This document shows positions 37,401 to 49,189 of a stretch of DNA of 64,000 nucleotides, in pieces. The DNA is from Balamuthia mandrillaris (lineage: Eukaryota): contig JAVKOQ020000013.1 in assembly GCA_031835245.2 (NCBI GenBank), forward strand, positions 310,001-374,000, given 5' to 3'. The translations under genes were made by a program, and so were the position numbers. The notes beneath the pieces were generated by a model. The model worked only from the letters and a program-made list of their open reading frames with translations, was not told the origin of the DNA and did not search any database. Every line of letters starts with the position of its first letter. Positions within the stretch are counted from its first letter, which is position 1.

Positions 37401-37495
37401 TCCGCCTCCGCGAGTCGTTGCTCCCACTCGCTCTCGCTGTCATTCCTGTCCCCTTCCAGTTGCTGCAGATCCGTTGTTTCGCCGTCTTCTGCCAT
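34446..37495 (-). CDS. Long Glu/Lys-rich helical-repeat protein with EF-hand pair and C-terminal tail anchor, 3 exons (37495-35420, 35339-35097, 35018-34446)
   Basis: About 20 repeats of ~25-26 aa (NAALREKEEELEKKLAEEKERSEEER). EF loops DTDNTGSIDISE and DKDKSGSIEFDE. C-terminal TM LGIGVAAGLVVGGGLGFGLHWLL-SRR*. TATA-like TTATATAA at 37575-37582. Confidence 0.82.
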
Positions 37496-38060
37496 CTTCT
37501 CTCTCTCTCTCTCTCACAAAACGTGTGTGTGTGTTGCAGTGGTGGACGATCCCAACAAACCGGGGGGGGGAGTGTTATATAACAAATAGTACAATAGGAG
37601 TTTGTTGTGGTGGTGGTGGTTAACCTTTTGGTCTTTGTTTCAAACCCAACAAACAACAACAACAAAGCCCTTTATTTTTATTATTAGGATTATTTTTTGG
37701 CGGATTTCTTGGTAATTTATTAATTGTCGACCCAGACATAAACTCCGAGACGAGGGTTTGATGGTGCTTAATGAATTGTTCACGCTTGAGGGTTAATAAA
37801 ATATATACAATAATGTCGTCATGAAAGAATGTTTTTCCAACGTGTCTGATTTTTGGTTGGCTTTTGTTTATTCGCATGTGATCGTAAGATCGATAGAAGG
37901 AGAAAAAGAAGGGAAATCAAATGAAATGGGAGAGGGAGAGGGAGTTGAAGAAAACAGACAGCAATGTCTTTTCTGCATGAAAATGTTTTTATTCAACAGT
38001 TTAAATCCAGGATCCATCGAACTAACTTAAAAGCCCCGCCAATAGTTATTTTGTTCCACT

Positions 38061-39173
38061 CTAGAACCAGAACGCGACCAGAGCGGCAGCACCAGAAGCA
38101 TCTTCATCGCCGGCGCTGTTGGAATTGTAGGCTACCACATTTCCTCCGTCGTAGACGCTGCCATCGTAACCCACGTTTCCACCATCGTAGACGACATTTC
38201 CTCCATCATCGTAATATCCATCGTAGTCCACATCTCCTCCGTCGTAGACCACGTTGCCTCCATCATAACTAATATCGCCCCCATCGTAAGTGACCACATT
38301 GCCTCCGTCGTAACGGATGTCGCCACCATCGTACTGGATGTCTCCTCCATCGTAACGAACGTCACCTCCATCATATGTCACCACGTCACCGTCATAGCGG
38401 ATGTCGCCATCATCGTAAACAACAACATTACCGTCGTATCGCACATCATCTCCGTCATAGACCACATTGCCTCCGTCGTAACGAATATCACCGCCATCGT
38501 AGCTAATGTCCCCTCCATCATATCGTATGTCGCCACCATCGTACTGGATGCCTCCTCCATCATAACGAACGTCACCACCGTCATATGTGACCACGTTGCC
38601 GTCATAGCGGATATCACCACCATCGTAGCGGATGTCGCCACCGTCATAGATGTTTCCTCCATCGTAGCAATCATAGCGAACGTCACCACCGTCATAGCTA
38701 ATATCTCCTCCATCGTAACGAATATCACCACCATCGTAGCTGATGTCCCCTCCGTCATATCGGATGTCGCCACCATCGTACCGGATGTCTCCACCATCGT
38801 AGCGGATGTCTCCACCATCATAACGAATGTCACCACCAGCATAACGGACATTACCGCCATCGTACATCACGTTGCCTCCATCGTAACGGATATCACCTCC
38901 ATCATAGATGTTACCTCCATCATCATAAATGTTGCCTCCGTTATAACGAATATCACCGCCATCATACTGGATGTTTCCGCCATCATATCTGATGTCGCCT
39001 CCATCATAGCTTACGTCGCCTCCATACCTGATATCGCCTCCGTCGTACATGACATCTCCACCGTCGTTCTCGACGTCGCCTCCATCGTAAGTCACCACGT
39101 CACCGTCATAGCGCACATCGCCTCCGCCATAATTCACATTCCCTCTTGTTGCAAGGTTGTCGCCGCGAAGCAT
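38061..39173 (-). CDS. YDGG heptapeptide-repeat protein (370-aa ORF), function unknown
   Basis: Roughly 45 units of YDGG[D/N][I/V]x in one open frame. The repeat is conserved at protein level with varied synonymous codons. An upstream exon cannot be excluded. Confidence 0.75.
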   Translation of the reverse strand: MLRGDNLATRGNVNYGGGDVRYDGDVVTYDGGDVENDGGDVMYDGGDIRYGGDVSYDGGDIRYDGGNIQYDGGDIRYNGGNIYDDGGNIYDGGDIRYDGGNVMYDGGNVRYAGGDIRYDGGDIRYDGGDIRYDGGDIRYDGGDISYDGGDIRYDGGDISYDGGDVRYDCYDGGNIYDGGDIRYDGGDIRYDGNVVTYDGGDVRYDGGGIQYDGGDIRYDGGDISYDGGDIRYDGGNVVYDGDDVRYDGNVVVYDDGDIRYDGDVVTYDGGDVRYDGGDIQYDGGDIRYDGGNVVTYDGGDISYDGGNVVYDGGDVDYDGYYDDGGNVVYDGGNVGYDGSVYDGGNVVAYNSNSAGDEDASGAAALVAFWF

Positions 39174-39590
39174 GCCCTCAGCTTCATTGGCTCATCTCTT
39201 TTATTCTATCCCACGAAAACTGTGTTGAATTCATTTCTTATTTCATCATTATGAGTTGTGAGAAGCTCCTCGAAGCGGATAGTAAGAACAACAATACATT
39301 GCAAATTGTGTTGAGGACGTGTCCTTCGCGGAGATCATGCTCATTCCTAGAAGGAAAAAGAGGAAAGGAAGAGCCAATTCATAACAGCATTAGTATTTTC
39401 CACGAAGGAGTAGTCATCAAAAGAGAAGCGTTGGGCAGGGCGTCTCTGTTGAGAGGGCAATGAGAGAAGAGAGAACAAGAGAAGAAGGAGCTCTTTGAGT
39501 TGAAGGAGGAAAAAAAAAGATGGCCGGTATCTGGCCTGTGTTATTTACTCTTCGAATGAAATAACTAAAGCTACTAATAACAGAAACAAC

Positions 39591-39727
39591 TTAAAAGTGA
39601 GCAGAAGAATTGGCAGCTAGTGCATTTCTTCTGGCCTCCAGCTGTTCCATCCAACTTTCAACATCTGTGTTTGTAAAACTCTAAGCAATGAGAATAAAAG
39701 AAGAGAGAGAGAGAGAAAGAGGAAATT

Positions 39728-39759
<32 letters not shown>

Positions 39760-40070
39760 AACGACAAGAAAGAAACGACAAGAAAGAAAGAAAGAAAGAA
39801 ACGACAAGAAAGAAAGAAAGAAAGAAACGACAAGAAACGACAAGAAAGAAAGAAAGAAACGACAAGAAAGAAACAAACGACAAATAAAGAACATAACGTA
39901 ACCTTGTTGGCTTTCACAGGAAAAGACGTAGGTACGAGAAGGAGTGACGAGTTCAAAAGAGAAGTTTGGTGCCCGTGCATCTGTAAGAGCCACAATTTTG
40001 TATAACATAAGAAGAAGAAGAAGAAACAGAAGAAAAAGCAGAAAGCAGAAGAAGAACAAAGAAGAAGAAC

Positions 40071-40102
<32 letters not shown>

Positions 40103-40720
40103 AGAAGCAGAAGAACAAGAACAAGAAGAAGAAGAACAAGAAGAAGAAGAAGAAGAAGAAGAAGAAGAACAAGCAGAACAAGAAGAAGAACAAGAACAAC
40201 AAACAACAAGAAGAAGGAAGGAAGTACCGGTTGACAATTGTACAGCTTTAACTTCTTTGATGAGAACCACTCCTTTTGCTTTGAATGCCATATCATTCAC
40301 AAAATACTTTAGCTCTTTCTTTGACAACACAAAGAACCTCCGCTTCCTTCATGGTTTTTTAAAACAAAAACAAAAACAACACAACATAACAGACCAAGAA
40401 ATAAAAATAGAGCAAAAATAAATAAAAACTTTTAAAACAATAATAATAAAACACCAAAAAACAAAACGAAACAAGAACACACAAGCAGCACCAACAACGA
40501 ACCAGTTTTTCACATGGTTGCCTTTCTTCGTCATCCAGCCCTGCTTAAACACTGTAGCATTGCATACATCGCATTAGTGGTTTTTTTTTTTAAAAAATTG
40601 TAACAAAACGAACAATTAAAAAAAAAAACCCAACAACAAAAAACACAAAACACAAAACAAAGAGCATCGGTATACACACACACACACACGACCTTCTTTC
40701 TCGGCGTACCGGCAACTCAT
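39591..40720 (-). CDS. Small PH-domain protein, multi-exon
   Basis: Spliced VFKQGWMTKKGNHVKNW-RKRRFFVLSKKELKYF..KAKGVVLI..FSFELVTPSRTYVFSCESQQ-DVESWMEQL. Stop at 39591-39593. Confidence 0.82.
39727..39885. repeat. Intronic composite microsatellite (AAGA)n-AACGAC
   Basis: Same unit as 22378-22565, inside the last intron of the PH gene. Confidence 0.8.
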
Positions 40721-40752
40721 CTTTTTTTCTTTTTCTTTATTTTTTAATTGGG

Positions 40753-40788
40753 TGACGTCAGCTTAATTCATTACATGAGGTGACGTCA
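40753..40788. promoter_or_regulatory. Two GGTGACGTCA sites upstream of the PH gene
   Basis: TGACGTCA at 40753-40760 and 40781-40788, with CCAAT at ~40795. Confidence 0.5.
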
Positions 40789-40900
40789 TTCCATCCAATA
40801 GAAACACGTTATTTTACAAAACAAAAACGACTTTTCGCACAACTGATGATACACAAAAAAAATAAATAAGATAAAAATAAAACGTTGGTTTCGACTCCCT

Positions 40901-43900
40901 TCACTCGAAAGCGACGCCCCCAATGGTAGCGATGACTGCCTGCTCGGCTTTCTTCTGGCGGCGTTTAAAAACGTAGTAGCTGGCCACGAAGGCGATGATC
41001 AGTATCAGCACCGTCACGCCAAAGACCACAGGCACAACTACGGGCAGCGGGTCGAAGCTCTCTCCGTCTGTAACATCCGTTCCGTCATTGTCAGTAAACC
41101 CGTCATCCTCGCTGTAGTCGTCACTGTCTTCATCCAAATGCAACAAAACGCCAAAGGATGTGAAATGAGAGGTCCATGCGCGAACGAGCACCCATCGGGT
41201 GTTGGTTGAGTTTGTTTCTTCATTGACCAGCTCTTCGACCTGCGTAAACGGAAGAGCATTCCAGGTCCACGTCTCTTCATCCACAAAACTGAACTCAAGT
41301 TTACTTATGTTCTGTTGTGGTGTTTAGTTTAAACAATTAGAACAAGTTGAACAGGCACAGCAGAAAGAAGGTCCAAACCATATCCAAAGGAACCAATAAC
41401 CGCATTTCAATCATGACATCTTCATCAAATGGATGCGTTTGGGGAGGCGAAGCCAACAAGTCAATAGGAGGGCTGACCAATAAGGTTGATCCGTTCATTC
41501 TTCCCTCAGCAGGCAAGTATCGAACGTTGGAAATAGTTCCTGGAGCAACGGACAGTAGTGTATCTTGTTGAAACGTTCTGGATCCAACTTCAAGCCGGCC
41601 GAGTTCATCTCCTGATTCTGCGTCTACGAGTTGAATCGACTATACAATCGATAGTTGAGCTTCAGGGAACACCACCAACAACATTGAAAAAAGATGACAG
41701 AAGGGAGAAACTTACAGTCGCGTTGGTACGGTTTGCAGGGAGGGAAATGGAGATGGGAATAATTTTTCGTTGGAATGGAGGAGTTACACATTTATCTTGC
41801 TCCGTTAAAGCGTAACACTTCTTGTTCCAACAGCGAAACTCATCTGCTTTACAACCTTTCTTTGTATCACATGCTTCACTCTGGGGTAATTGTTAGCAAC
41901 GAGACGAAGAAGCAAATCTAGAAGAGGAGGAAGGAGGAGAAGAAGAAATAGGAGAAGAACCACAAGAAGAAACGAAGAGAGCAAATACAAGTTTACCTCA
42001 GAAGCACAACTATAATCGGGGCAAAGAGTGTGTAACGGAGGACACACGTCAGGAGCAGGGCAACTGCTTCGACAAACTCCATCGTAGCAACGGGATGTTC
42101 CTTCTGGACAAGGCCCTGGTGACTGTGAGCACTTCTGTGAATTATGGTTTGCTGCACATGTTCCATCCAAACACCTAACAAAGGAGAATAACAATAAGCA
42201 TTGTTCCAATAATAGAACAAAACAAGACCAAGAAGCGAACTAGAGGGGGGAGAAAGAAGAAAAATACTATTTTGTGTACCTAACAGGTCGCTTTGGAGTG
42301 CATTGTTCGACGTAACATTGAGAGAAGGAAGAAACACAGGAACCATCGCAACATTGAACCTCTGAAGGAAGACAGGGCAAAGCGTTCGCGATACATTCAT
42401 CGCAGGAGCTGGCGCAGGAACCACCGAAACAAGGAATACGTGATCCACACTGGTGCTGCACAATTCCACAGTCATCCGCCCACTTCTCACAGGTTCCCGA
42501 CGGGCACCTAAATTAAAATAAAGTTGTGCAGATGGTGGAATGCCGAAGAAGGAATAGTAGGTCATAAGCTACCCTTCAAAAAACGAATGACACAGTTAAC
42601 TACATACAAAACGGGTCTGCCAGGCGGGCAGCCGCCTGGAGGGTTTCGCTTGAAAGTGCACCCAGTGTCCCATACGCATTTCTGTCGCAGCTCCATCAAA
42701 TGGCTTGTTCCTGTGATGTTGTCTTTCACTGCCAACGAAAGATCCGCATCAAGGGAGAGAACGAGAGGAAGGAGAGAGGTGGTGAAGGAAAGAACGAACC
42801 CAAGGCAGCAAGCAAAGATTGCATCTTTGCCAACTTCAAGTACTCTGAGCCAGGGACCTCAAAGACTTGGTTGAACTTGGGCGAGGCCAAGGCTCTTTCG
42901 TCAAATAACAGCTGATCCCCTGCTCCATAACATTGATTCGAGTTACATCCTATCTCACCGTTTATCAAAATCTTTCCTCTGTTGTTGTTGCTCCGATTGA
43001 AGAGAGCAGATAAGATCTTGTTGGGAATGTCGGCTTCAATCCATTCTGAAGGAGAAGTGGATGCGTTGAGAAGGCTTAGTCGGAAGAATTGAGAGGAGAG
43101 GACGCCTTCTGATTCCTCTCCTTCGAAAATGTACATGTTTGCGTCTAACAGGAACGAACGATGATAAGCAGTTCCTTTAATTGTTTCTGCGCTGTTCGTC
43201 ATGACCGCTTCCAATTCTGGTGATCCACCTTTTGGTTGCCCTGGTTATCACTTCGTTGTACTGACGACCGAGGGAGGGAAGAGAGAGAGAGAGAGAGAGA
43301 GGCAGAGAGAGATACCTGGAGTAAAACGGAGCGTTTCGCTAGAATATGCAAGTGACGTTTGCTTTATTCCTGTTGTTAGAGTTTGACCGAGTTACATAAG
43401 AGAATGAAGAACAAGAGAACGAGAGAAGAGAGGGCAGGAGAACGTGAAAAGCGAAAACAAGAGAGAAGCTTTTTACCGCCATGAACCCAGATGGAATCGT
43501 CCCACAACAGAGCGCTATGCCCGTAGAGCGTTTCAAATCCAGGAAACGTTTTGGGCTCCCCAAACGTTCTTGTTTCGATATCTTTGTGTTCATCTCGTCC
43601 GTTTAGTGAAACAACAAACAAAAAAATATGAACCTAGTGTTGAAACTATAGGACAGGAGGTGTTACCGATAGGAAGCATGGTAAGAGGAGGAGAAGCTTG
43701 TTCCTGCCGACCCCCGATGACCCACACCGTGTCCTCTCTCACTGTGAAAGAGGCGTCCAGGAAAGAATAGTTGGCTGGCACATCTTGAAATATTATTTCA
43801 CTAAAGGCATGCGTTTCTTTTGTGTTTATGTTTTGGTGAGCAACAAACAAAGTTTGCATCAAAGCAGAAAAAGAAGACACACACAAAAGACTGCGTTACC

Positions 43901-44131
43901 AAAGTCAAACTGCAGAAACAGAGGTTCCTCCGAAACTGACTCTGGGAACACCCACAGCACGTCTTTGGAAGGGATCCAAACAAACGCCTCCGAGATCAGG
44001 TCCATTTGGGGGTCTCCCAAAGGGACTTGGATCAAGCTCCTGGGAGACCCGGAGGCAACCACCCCCGCCACAGCATTGGCCAAAAGCAGAAGGACCACCT
44101 TTGCGAGGAAGATCTTCCTATTGTCATTCAT
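40901..44131 (-). CDS. Type I membrane protein: signal peptide, Kelch-like repeats, Cys-rich CxDGxC repeats, GPS-like motif, single TM; multi-exon
   Basis: Signal KIFLAKVVLLLLANAVAG. Kelch-like VWVIGG, GHSALLWDDSIWVHGG and YHRSFLLDANMYIFEG. Repeats such as QCCDGSCVSSFSQC, RCLDGTC and RCYDGVC. WTSHFTSFGVLL motif. TM VVVPVVFGVTVLILIIAFVASYYVF followed by KRRQKK. Confidence 0.75.
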
Positions 44132-45304
44132 GTCTAATATATAATTTTTGGTGTGCGTTACAGAGTAAAACAGAGGGCAGGAAGAGCAGCTCTCTCCTTT
44201 TCTTTAAGCTTGTTTTAAAAGAAAAAGGAGGCGTGGGTGGAACTGCAGAACGTGAGAGGAACGCTGCACGGGTCAACCGAATGAAAGATGGTTTGTCCTA
44301 AAGCTATCATTATCGCGATGGAAATGAGGAAACCCTCGTTGGCCATGCCTCGAAAAGCAAAAGTTCACGGGTGATACTTTGCGAAACGAGGAGCATGTAT
44401 TTGGAAAGAATGACTGAAACGAGGCTTGAATGGGGAGGAAGGCATGAAAATTGGTGGAAAACATGAACGTTTTGGTTAGAGTCAAACACCAGGGTTACTC
44501 TTTTGCTGAGAAAATTGTAACGCTAAAGATGTTTCAAAGTTACGGGGGGCGGTTGCACCAGATGGCTTCCGATAATGAGGTTTTTGTGTGGCAGTCTTGC
44601 GGTAACACTAAAAGCCGGAAAAAACAACTGCGTTTAGCAGGTTTACTTTTGGTTAGCAAAAAAGACAAGGGACAGAACGAGGCTCCGTAGTAACAAGGCT
44701 GCAAATGGATCTCTGAGGGCGAAAGCGGAGTACGATAGAGATAGCAGAGCAACTATAAAAAAGAGGGAAACTAGGAGTCAGCTGCAAAACGATGATTTGT
44801 CCTTTTTTCAAAAGGACGCATCGACAGACTCTGACCAAAGCTGAGAAGCTCGAACCAACGTGCGTTCATTGTGACGCAGCAGGACGCAAAGCGGGAGACC
44901 GAGTGGCAACTTAAACTATGGGGACCAAACCGGAAGGGTGGCTAAAAACATGGAAAATAGGCGAAAATCATTATAAAACTAGTCTTTATAAAGAGTAATA
45001 CAATTATGAAGGTCTTTTAAGGAACTTTTCAATTTGGTATATTAATGATAATGATGAATGTATTGTATAATTAGCGCTGAACGAATCGGAATAAAAGGGA
45101 TTACCATCGCTATAATACCGACTTAGGCAACTCATTTAAAAAGTCGGCGAAGGACGTTTGGAAGGAAGAAGGTGGTTCTTTGTTGCGGAAAGAAAGAGAG
45201 TAGGAAAAAAACAATTGGTTCCTCTTCGTGGGAGAGCCATCTCGGTTATTTAAGACAAGAATTGGCGAAATTTGTTATACTGTTGTTTGCCGCTTCTATA
45301 GAAG

Positions 45305-47004
45305 ATGCCATTGTGGAAGGGGAAGGTGAAAGGCAAGGGAGGGGCTGCCGGTGTTGCTGCTGGTGGACCAGGAGGAAGCGGGGGAGGAAAATCCGGGACC
45401 ATGGACCCTGACGTGTTTGCAAAATGGGAGGCTATGGTGTTGGCTTCCTCCTCTGACTCTGATGACAGCGATAGCGACTGGAGAGACCCTACTTGGGTTC
45501 CTGGTAATGTTACCTTTTCCATCGTTTATTTGTATTTCTGCTATAGCTTTTCGAGTTGTTTTCTCTGTTCTGTTATGTGTTTGCCTCCTTCTTTGTCTTT
45601 TGGCTTTTGGCTTTTGGCTTTTCTGTTTCATCTCTTGTCTCTTTTCTGTTATTCTCTTTTCTCATCAACAAAAAATAAACAGACCCAAATGAAGAAGAAG
45701 AAAGAAGGAAATGGGAGCTCAAAAAACAACAACAAGCGAAAAGTCATTCTTCCACAACTTCTCCTCTGCACAGTCCTCGAATCCACAAACCTTCTTCCTC
45801 CTCCTCCTCCTCCTCATCTTCTGCTGCTTCCTCCTCCAACAACATCAAAAGAGAAAGGAGAGGAAGTGCAATCATCTCCAGAAGATCTCGTCCGTTGGCT
45901 TCTTCTGGGGAAGAGGACAAAGCCGAAGAAGAAAGAAGGCGAAGGAGATATACGAGTAGACCGAGAGAATCCGCCTCCTCGAGCAGCAGCGAAGAAAGCA
46001 GCGCAAGCGGCCTCTCTTCCTCTTCCGATGTTGAACTTCACAACAACAAAAAGAAAACAAAGAAGAACAAGAAACCAGTTCCAAGACTGGTCTTAGATTC
46101 TGCTTCTTCTTCCTCTTCTCCATCCTTGAAAGAAGGAGCCAAAACGGATATTCGAAAAGAAATGTCGAAACGAAGTCACAAAGAAGAAAGACAGAGGCCA
46201 AGAAGAGCTGGAAGCACTCCTACCTCTCCTCGGCAAGTTCTCGCTTCAACAACAGAACAGCAAGAAAGAAGAAGAAAGATGTTGTTGGTAAGCGGAGGCG
46301 TTGCGGGGATTGAAGGAATGGAGGGAATGACGAGAGGCAGAAGTTCGAGTCTAGCGACCATGCAAGAAGCTGGCATGCAGAGAAGACAAACAGAAATGAA
46401 CTTTAAGGCTTTCAAGAAGAAGAAGGCAGGGGACGACCGGTTGACAACGACAACGACGAAGAGCAAAGATGATAGTCATGTTATGCTACAATCGACGAGA
46501 AGCGTTACATTCGACTTTAGCTTTTGCGATGTTCGAAAAGAGTTGAGACCGAAAGAAGCAATGAAAGAGAAAGAAGAAGAAGAAGAGAGCGAAGGGACGA
46601 AAGAAGGGGACGAAGAGGTTATATCTCTAAACTTGGCAGCAAAGGAACCGCAAATACTCTCCGAGGTGACTTGGTCAACTCTTTGGAAGTCTCCACCAAC
46701 GACACCAGGAAGAACGCGCAATCGTTCGCACTCAGTGGACTCCCCTCGCCCGCCTGCATTTCCTCTTTCTTCTGCTGGGAAAGCTGTTACCGTGACGACT
46801 CCGGAGAATGATGGCACCGGAGGGGGAGGAGCAAGGAGCTCCTCCCTGCGAAATTCTGGAACGGAGATATCGGTGCTACGAAAGAAGGACAAGCAGACAA
46901 AGAAGAAAAGCGGCTCGTTTCGAATGATGAGCACTTCGAAGGCGGCAGCGTCCCTGACAAAGGCTTCTTCGTTGGAGGATAGCAGACTTCCACCGTCGGA
47001 TTAA
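45305..47004 (+). CDS. Low-complexity, probably disordered hypothetical protein, 2 exons (45305-45502, 45683-47004)
   Basis: A GTAATG..AAACAG intron joins the 45305 start in frame to the long 45895-47004 ORF. Ser/Lys/Glu-rich, no recognisable domain. Confidence 0.65.
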
Positions 47005-47324
47005 GTCTTCTTTTTTTTTTGTTCTATGTAACCATTTTATTTTATTTTTCACTTTCAATTTTGTTTTTTATTTGCTACCCAAAATATTTTTGTATTTTTC
47101 ATCATAAATATCTATCTGCCGAAAGTTTTCAAAAATTTACGATTATATAAAATTATTTTGAATATTTGAATATATATTGCTAATTTTGATAATCTCAATA
47201 GTATCGGATTTTTTTCATGATTTATTCGAAAATTTTGTGCTATATGAAACTGAAACAAAAAAATAAATAAATAAAACAACAAAAACATATCATTTCTTCT
47301 TCTTCTTCGCCTTCGAAGACAAAC

Positions 47325-48248
47325 ATGTCAACAGACAGTATTACCGAAACGGAGAGAGAAGTGACCCAGTATGTGCGCATGGGAATGGGCTTTCTCAGCC
47401 TTCTCTCCTCCATGTTCATCACTCTCAGCCTCATCTTCTTCATCGGGGAGCTCCGGAAGAAAGTGGCCTCTCGCCTCGTGTTGATGCTCTCCTTGTGTGT
47501 AAACTTTACTGCTTTTGCTGACATTCTCACTCCCTGGGCTCGTAATAACGATGGGCTGTGCCATTTTCAGGGCTTGGTACGCTTTCTTCCTGTTTTTTCT
47601 TCGTGGAACTGTCATTGTTCCATAACTTTCTTATCCTTTGTTCTTTCTTTCTTCTGAGACTGGTTGTTCTTCTTGTTCTTCTCCTCCTCCTTCTTCTCCT
47701 TCTTTCTTCGTCCTTCCTGCTACCTGCTGTCTTTCTTCTCCTTTTTGTTCTTGCTCCACATCTCTGGGTCCTTCTTGCTTTTCTTGTCCTTGCCTTCTCC
47801 TTCTTCCATCGTATGTTATTGCTTCTCTCCCTTTGTCTTACCTCAACTTTTGCTGCAACGCCGTGTGGCTTTTTTGCACTGTTAAAGGCATTACAATTGG
47901 GACAAACGGGGAGCACCTTATGGGTAACGATCATAGTGGTGAACCTCTTCCTTCGCATAGTGCTGCAATACGAGCACAAGCTCGCAGAGCCGAGCTACCA
48001 CCTCGCCGTCTGGTCTCTCACCGCAGCAGCCGCCGTCCCTCCGATGGTAACGGGAAGCTACGGCCATGCCAACATTTGGTGTTGGATCTCCATAGAGGGA
48101 ACGGACACGGAGAGGTTTTATGGCAACCTGTGGCGGTTCTTGTGTTTCTATGTGCCCATCTACTGTTACTTGTTTCTGTCGTTGGCGATGTATCTTGCGG
48201 TGTGCCGGCATGTGTTCTTTGTGTTTAGGAAGCTTGCTCATGTTAAGG

Positions 48249-48285
<37 letters not shown>

Positions 48286-49083
48286 CTGTCTCCCTTTCTC
48301 TCTCTCTCTTCTCACTCTCCATTGCCTTTGCTTATGACTAATGTTGTTGTTGTTAACACATCATAACAAGACTGAAAAGACCAAACGAAAAGAGCAACGG
48401 CTGTTGCGGAGGCTGATTGCTTATCCTATCATATGTATCTTATTGTGGGTATTCCCCATCATCAACCGCCTCCACGACTGGACTACTGGCGAAACGGTGC
48501 ATAAATATCTATGCTTTTCTTCTCTCCCCTCGTTCTCTCGTTCTCATCATTGACGTATTTCTTCTTCAACACCACAAAGAGTTTTGCATTGGTCATAATG
48601 CACGTGGTCTCTGTATCATCACAAGGATTCTTCTATAGCATAGCTTATGGTTGGAACTCTCACACACAAAAAGGCTACAGAAAGTTGTTCAACAAAGAAG
48701 AGAAAGGGGGAAACAAGAAGAGAAAACAGCAAACACCAAAACGAGGTCGTTCCCTTTACAGCTCCTCCGCAACATCAGCAACCTCAACAACAACATCTTC
48801 TCCCTCCTCTTCTTCATCTCGTTGGTGGGATAGAGCGTTCACTGTCGTTTCTTCTCGGGTATTGTCCTTCCGCAACGACCGCGAGGCGAACTATGATGAA
48901 CCTGATGACGACCATTCTTTTGTCACAGCGGATAGTATCAGCAGCAGGGATCTCACTCAAAGCTTGTTGAGCGAGGCAGAGAGAAAAGACATGATGACAA
49001 TGGAGAGCGATGGAGAAGAAGACGAAGATGGATATTATGGGGCATCCACTGCTAGAGTGATGGCATTGGAAGACGGTAGATAG
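47325..49083 (+). CDS. G-protein-coupled receptor, cAMP-receptor-like (cAR/Crl/GCR1) family, multi-exon
   Basis: Seven hydrophobic segments, with GLCHFQ, YGHANIWCWI, WRFLCFYVPIY, RRLIAYPIICILLWVFPIINR and SSQGFFYSIAYG. Ser-rich cytoplasmic tail. Confidence 0.88.
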
Positions 49084-49189
49084 CGTCAGGCAAAAAAAGC
49101 GAAGAAAGCTTCTTACAACGAGAAAGATGAGAGATATCTCTGCTTCTCTTTAAAATCGTTCATTCTCCTAAGAAGTGTGTTTGTAAAAC

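Noticed and set aside
35511..37582. Long plus-strand ORFs antisense to the coiled-coil gene, and similar Phe/Leu/Ser-rich ORFs throughout the track
   Set aside because: They are shadows of Glu/Lys-rich codons or of (CT)n/(CTT)n intron tracts, with no domain content.
38061..39173. Regular ~21-bp periodicity resembling a CRISPR array or minisatellite
   Set aside because: No invariant repeat with unique spacers and no cas genes. Variation is mostly synonymous, so it is a coding repeat.
44150..45170. 1-kb intergenic stretch lacking microsatellites; possible mobile-element or viral relic
   Set aside because: No credible ORF, terminal repeats or target-site duplication. Only a 7-bp inverted repeat near 45118-45147.
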